DNA of 32,000 nucleotides, from assembly GCF_000090965.1 (NCBI RefSeq), contig NC_008513.1, forward strand, positions 150,001 through 182,000. Reading direction: 5' to 3'. Shown here in pieces: positions 29,257 through 32,000 of the stretch. The DNA is from Candidatus Saccharimonadota bacterium. GTDB lineage: Bacteria; Pseudomonadota; Gammaproteobacteria; Enterobacterales; Enterobacteriaceae. Position numbers and translations under genes: made by a program. Position 1 is the first letter of the stretch; every line of letters begins with the position of its first letter. The notes beneath the pieces were generated by a model, which saw only the letters and a program-made list of their open reading frames with translations, searched no databases and was not told the origin of the DNA.

Positions 29257-31356
29257 TTGGAGAATAATTCATTGATAAAAAATATATCTCTTTTATTTAA
29301 TTACTTTAAAAAAATTATTTATAAAAATTTGAATTCTTTATTTTTTCCCTTTTTAATTTTAAGTATTCTCTGTTTACTTATACTTCCCTTACCAACTTTT
29401 GTTTTAGATTTATTTTTTACATTTAATATTATTTTTTCTATTATTATTTTAATTGTTTCTATTTTTGTTGTTAAAATTCTTGATTTTTCTTCTTTTCCTA
29501 CAATTTTATTATTTTCAACTTTATTTCGTTTATCACTAAATATTTCTTCTACACGAATAATTTTATTAAATGGACATACAGGATCTTGTTCTGCGGGGCA
29601 TGTTATAGAATCATTTGGTTTTTTTTTAATTCGTGGAAATTTTTTTATTGGTATTATTATATTTATAATGCTAGTAATTATAAATTTTTCGGTTATTTCA
29701 AATGGTTCTAGTAGAATTGCTGAAGTAGGAGCAAGATTTATTCTTGATGCTATGCCTGGTAAACAAATGGCCATAGATGCAGATTTAAATTCTGGATTAA
29801 TTTCAGAAAAACAAGCGAAAAAAAGAAGGTTAGAAATTCATAAAGAAGCTGAGTTTTATGGTTCTATGGATGGAGCTAGTAAATTTATTAGAGGAGATGC
29901 AATTGCTGGAATTATTATAATGATAGTAAATGTTATAGGAGGATTATTAATTGGTATAGTTCAATATAAAATGTCTTTATTAAAAGCTATAAAGATATAT
30001 AGTATATTAACTATTGGTGATGGTTTAGTTTCACAAATTCCTTCTTTAATTATATCTATTGCTTCCGGAATAATTTTAACACGATCAAATTCTGATAAAA
30101 TTAATATTGGTGAAAAAATAATTTATCAAGTTTTTAATAATTCTAAAGTTATTTTCTTTAGTAGTATTATTTTTTGTTTTTTTGGTTTAATTCCAGGTAT
30201 GCCTAATTTTATTTTTTTGTTTTTTTCTGTTTTATTTTTTATACTGTCATGGTATATAAATTATCGAAAAAATATAAATAAAAATTTTTCTAAAATATTA
30301 AAATTTAAAAAAAGAAAAAAAATAGATATATCTTGGAATGATATTGAATTTGAAGATTTATTAAGAATAGAATTGAGTTCTATATTTTTTAAACTATGTT
30401 ATCAAAAAGAATATAATAATTTAATAAAAAAATTACAATTTTTAAGAAAAAATATTGCTCAAGATTATGGTTTTTTATTACCTGAAATTAATATAATTCA
30501 TAATTCTAAATTAGATAGAGGACAATATAAAATTTTTATTAAAGGGGTAGAATTATTTAGTGGATTTATTTTTTTTGATAAATTATTAATAATTAATAAA
30601 GAAAGAGATTTAATTAATATTTCTGGTATAAAAATAACTGATTCTTTTTTTAGTTTTCCTGTTTTTTGGATTAATCCTGTAATTAAAGATACGCTTTTAA
30701 ATAAAAAAATTGTTTTTTTAGATTCTAATGTTTTAATTATAAAAAATTTTAATAAAATTATTAGAAATAATTTATATAATTTATTTGGATTTCAAGAAAC
30801 ACAGCAATTATTAGATCGTATATCACAGCATTATCCTAAATTAATTGATTATTTAATACCTAATTTAATGTCAATAATTACTTTTCAGAACATTTTACAA
30901 AATCTATTAAAAGATGATATATCAATAAAAGATATAAGAACAATTGTAGAAACTTTAATAAAATATAGTAGTCAATTTAAAAATAATATTGAAGAATTAA
31001 CGAATATAATTCGAATTGCATTAAAAGAATTTATTACACAAAAATTTTTTTTTAAAAATAAATATATTAATGTTATTGGATTGAGCACTAATTTTGAAAA
31101 CATATTATTAAAATTTGTTGGTAATAATAAAAATCAAATTGAACCAATTTTTTCAGAAAAATTAATTGAAAAAACTAAATCTGCAATAATTTTACAAAAA
31201 AAAAATAATCTTCCTGTTGTTTTATTAGTTAATCCTAAAATAAGAGTTTTACTATCAAATTTTTTTTTAAATTGTAATATTATACTTCCAGTTTTATCTT
31301 TTTCAGAGATTTCTGAAAATCGTGTAATTAAAATTACACAATTTATCGATAAGTAA
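29257..31356 (+). CDS. flhA: Flagellar type III export apparatus protein FlhA
   Basis: LPLPTFVLDLFFTFNI, FPTILLFSTLFRLSLNISSTRIIL, RIAEVGARFILDAMPGKQMAIDADLNSGLI, FYGSMDGASKFIRGDAIAG and LTIGDGLVSQIPSLIIS are nearly identical to E. coli FlhA. There is no in-frame ATG near the 5' end. The start is TTG at 29257 (longest ORF) or TTG at 29272, which lies 9 nt after GGAG at 29259-29262. Confidence 0.93.
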   Translation: MENNSLIKNISLLFNYFKKIIYKNLNSLFFPFLILSILCLLILPLPTFVLDLFFTFNIIFSIIILIVSIFVVKILDFSSFPTILLFSTLFRLSLNISSTRIILLNGHTGSCSAGHVIESFGFFLIRGNFFIGIIIFIMLVIINFSVISNGSSRIAEVGARFILDAMPGKQMAIDADLNSGLISEKQAKKRRLEIHKEAEFYGSMDGASKFIRGDAIAGIIIMIVNVIGGLLIGIVQYKMSLLKAIKIYSILTIGDGLVSQIPSLIISIASGIILTRSNSDKINIGEKIIYQVFNNSKVIFFSSIIFCFFGLIPGMPNFIFLFFSVLFFILSWYINYRKNINKNFSKILKFKKRKKIDISWNDIEFEDLLRIELSSIFFKLCYQKEYNNLIKKLQFLRKNIAQDYGFLLPEINIIHNSKLDRGQYKIFIKGVELFSGFIFFDKLLIINKERDLINISGIKITDSFFSFPVFWINPVIKDTLLNKKIVFLDSNVLIIKNFNKIIRNNLYNLFGFQETQQLLDRISQHYPKLIDYLIPNLMSIITFQNILQNLLKDDISIKDIRTIVETLIKYSSQFKNNIEELTNIIRIALKEFITQKFFFKNKYINVIGLSTNFENILLKFVGNNKNQIEPIFSEKLIEKTKSAIILQKKNNLPVVLLVNPKIRVLLSNFFLNCNIILPVLSFSEISENRVIKITQFIDK

Positions 31357-31367
31357 GTTATTTATTT

Positions 31368-32000
31368 TTACATTTTTGATACTGTTTTTATTCCTAAAAA
31401 GTATAAACATTTTTTAATTATTTTAGAAGTTAAAATAGATAATTTAATTCTACTTATTTTGATGTGTTTTTCTTTTGCGTTTAATATAGAACAATTTTCA
31501 TAAAATTTTGAAAATTTTCCAGAAAGATCGTATAAGTAATTACACATCAAATGTGGTGTTCCTTTTTTTTCTAAAATATGTATTATTTCTTCAAATTGAA
31601 AAATAGAAAATATTAATTGTCGTTCAAAACTAGTAAAAATATTTATTTTATATTTATCATTTTGAAATATTGTAGTATTTTTTTTAATTATAGATTTTAT
31701 TCTTATATATGCATACTGTATATAAGGTGCTGTATTTCCTTCTAAAGATAACATTTTATCCCAATCAAAAATATAATCTAATTTTCTTTTTTTTGATAAA
31801 TCAAAATATTTAATTGCTCCAATACCGATATTATGAGCAATTTTTTTTAATTCTTTTTTTTTTATTTTTCTATTTTTTTTTTTTATTTTTTCTTTTGCTT
31901 TTGTAACTCCTTTATTTAATAATTTAATTAATTTAATTGTGTCTCCATTTCTTGTTTTAAATGGTTTTTTGTTTTTATGTAAAATCATTCCAAATGAATG
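31368..32000 (-). CDS. argS: Arginyl-tRNA synthetase, C-terminal part (the gene continues beyond the window end)
   Basis: The frame is open to base 32000 (..HSFGMILHKNKKPFKTRNGDTIKL, which aligns with [22 protein letters not shown]). The anticodon-binding domain has LEGNTAPYIQYAYIRIKS and the protein ends ..KM like E. coli ArgRS. The ORF-track Met at 31988 is internal. Confidence 0.93.
   Translation of the reverse strand, partial: HSFGMILHKNKKPFKTRNGDTIKLIKLLNKGVTKAKEKIKKKNRKIKKKELKKIAHNIGIGAIKYFDLSKKRKLDYIFDWDKMLSLEGNTAPYIQYAYIRIKSIIKKNTTIFQNDKYKINIFTSFERQLIFSIFQFEEIIHILEKKGTPHLMCNYLYDLSGKFSKFYENCSILNAKEKHIKISRIKLSILTSKIIKKCLYFLGIKTVSKM

Noticed and set aside
29319-29774. 151-aa ORF antisense to the 5' third of flhA
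   Set aside because: It lies entirely inside the most conserved, least AT-rich part of flhA, whose sense-strand translation matches FlhA almost residue for residue. The antisense product is low-complexity with no recognisable motif, start context or Shine-Dalgarno. It is most simply a shadow ORF of a constrained gene.
1-32000. Search by eye for tRNA, rRNA, CRISPR arrays, IS or transposase, integrase, phage, toxin-antitoxin or defence genes, and for an altered genetic code
   Set aside because: Every spacer is short (485 bp or less) and nearly pure A/T, without cloverleaf-like GC stems or spaced direct repeats. Every long ORF is a housekeeping orthologue. All genes end in TAA or TAG, TGG encodes Trp, and no in-frame TGA is needed, so the standard code applies. 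A tRNAscan/Infernal run would be needed for a definitive negative.

Overview
The window is a gene-dense, extremely AT-rich stretch of a reduced gammaproteobacterial endosymbiont chromosome. Gene content and order are secA | aceE-aceF-lpdA | erpA, ftsZ-ftsA, rsmH, ilvH-ilvI, dapD, map | rpsB-tsf-pyrH-frr-bamA-fabZ-dnaE | proS | flhB-flhA | argS. Branched-chain amino acid and lysine genes sit beside flagellar export genes. This matches the conserved Buchnera aphidicola backbone in a very reduced form, as in lineages from Cinara-type aphids. That assignment is inferred from memory of synteny, not from a database search.

I call 22 protein genes, two of them cut by the window edges. All are recognisable by eye against E. 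coli orthologues and all use the standard code. I saw no tRNA, rRNA, CRISPR array, IS or phage element, and no defence or toxin system. I see no evidence for a novel multi-gene system.

The points worth a second look are reductive remodelling:
- ProRS has its INS editing domain cleanly excised.
- FlhB has DSVN in place of the NPTH autocleavage motif at the same residue numbers.
- BamA keeps its barrel but only about two POTRA-lengths of low-complexity periplasmic sequence.
- The division/cell-wall cluster is reduced to rsmH + ftsA + ftsZ around a 474-bp spacer. That spacer holds a repeated ATGAATGT/ACATTCAT motif and a 19-nt palindrome.
- dxr-uppS-cdsA-rseP, skp-lpxD and lpxA-lpxB-rnhB are absent from around bamA and fabZ.
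- An isolated GC-rich stem-loop lies between lpdA and erpA.
- Very long poly(A) tracts sit inside essential genes, including A16 in dnaE.

Some of this may already be described for sequenced Buchnera genomes. I cannot check that here.
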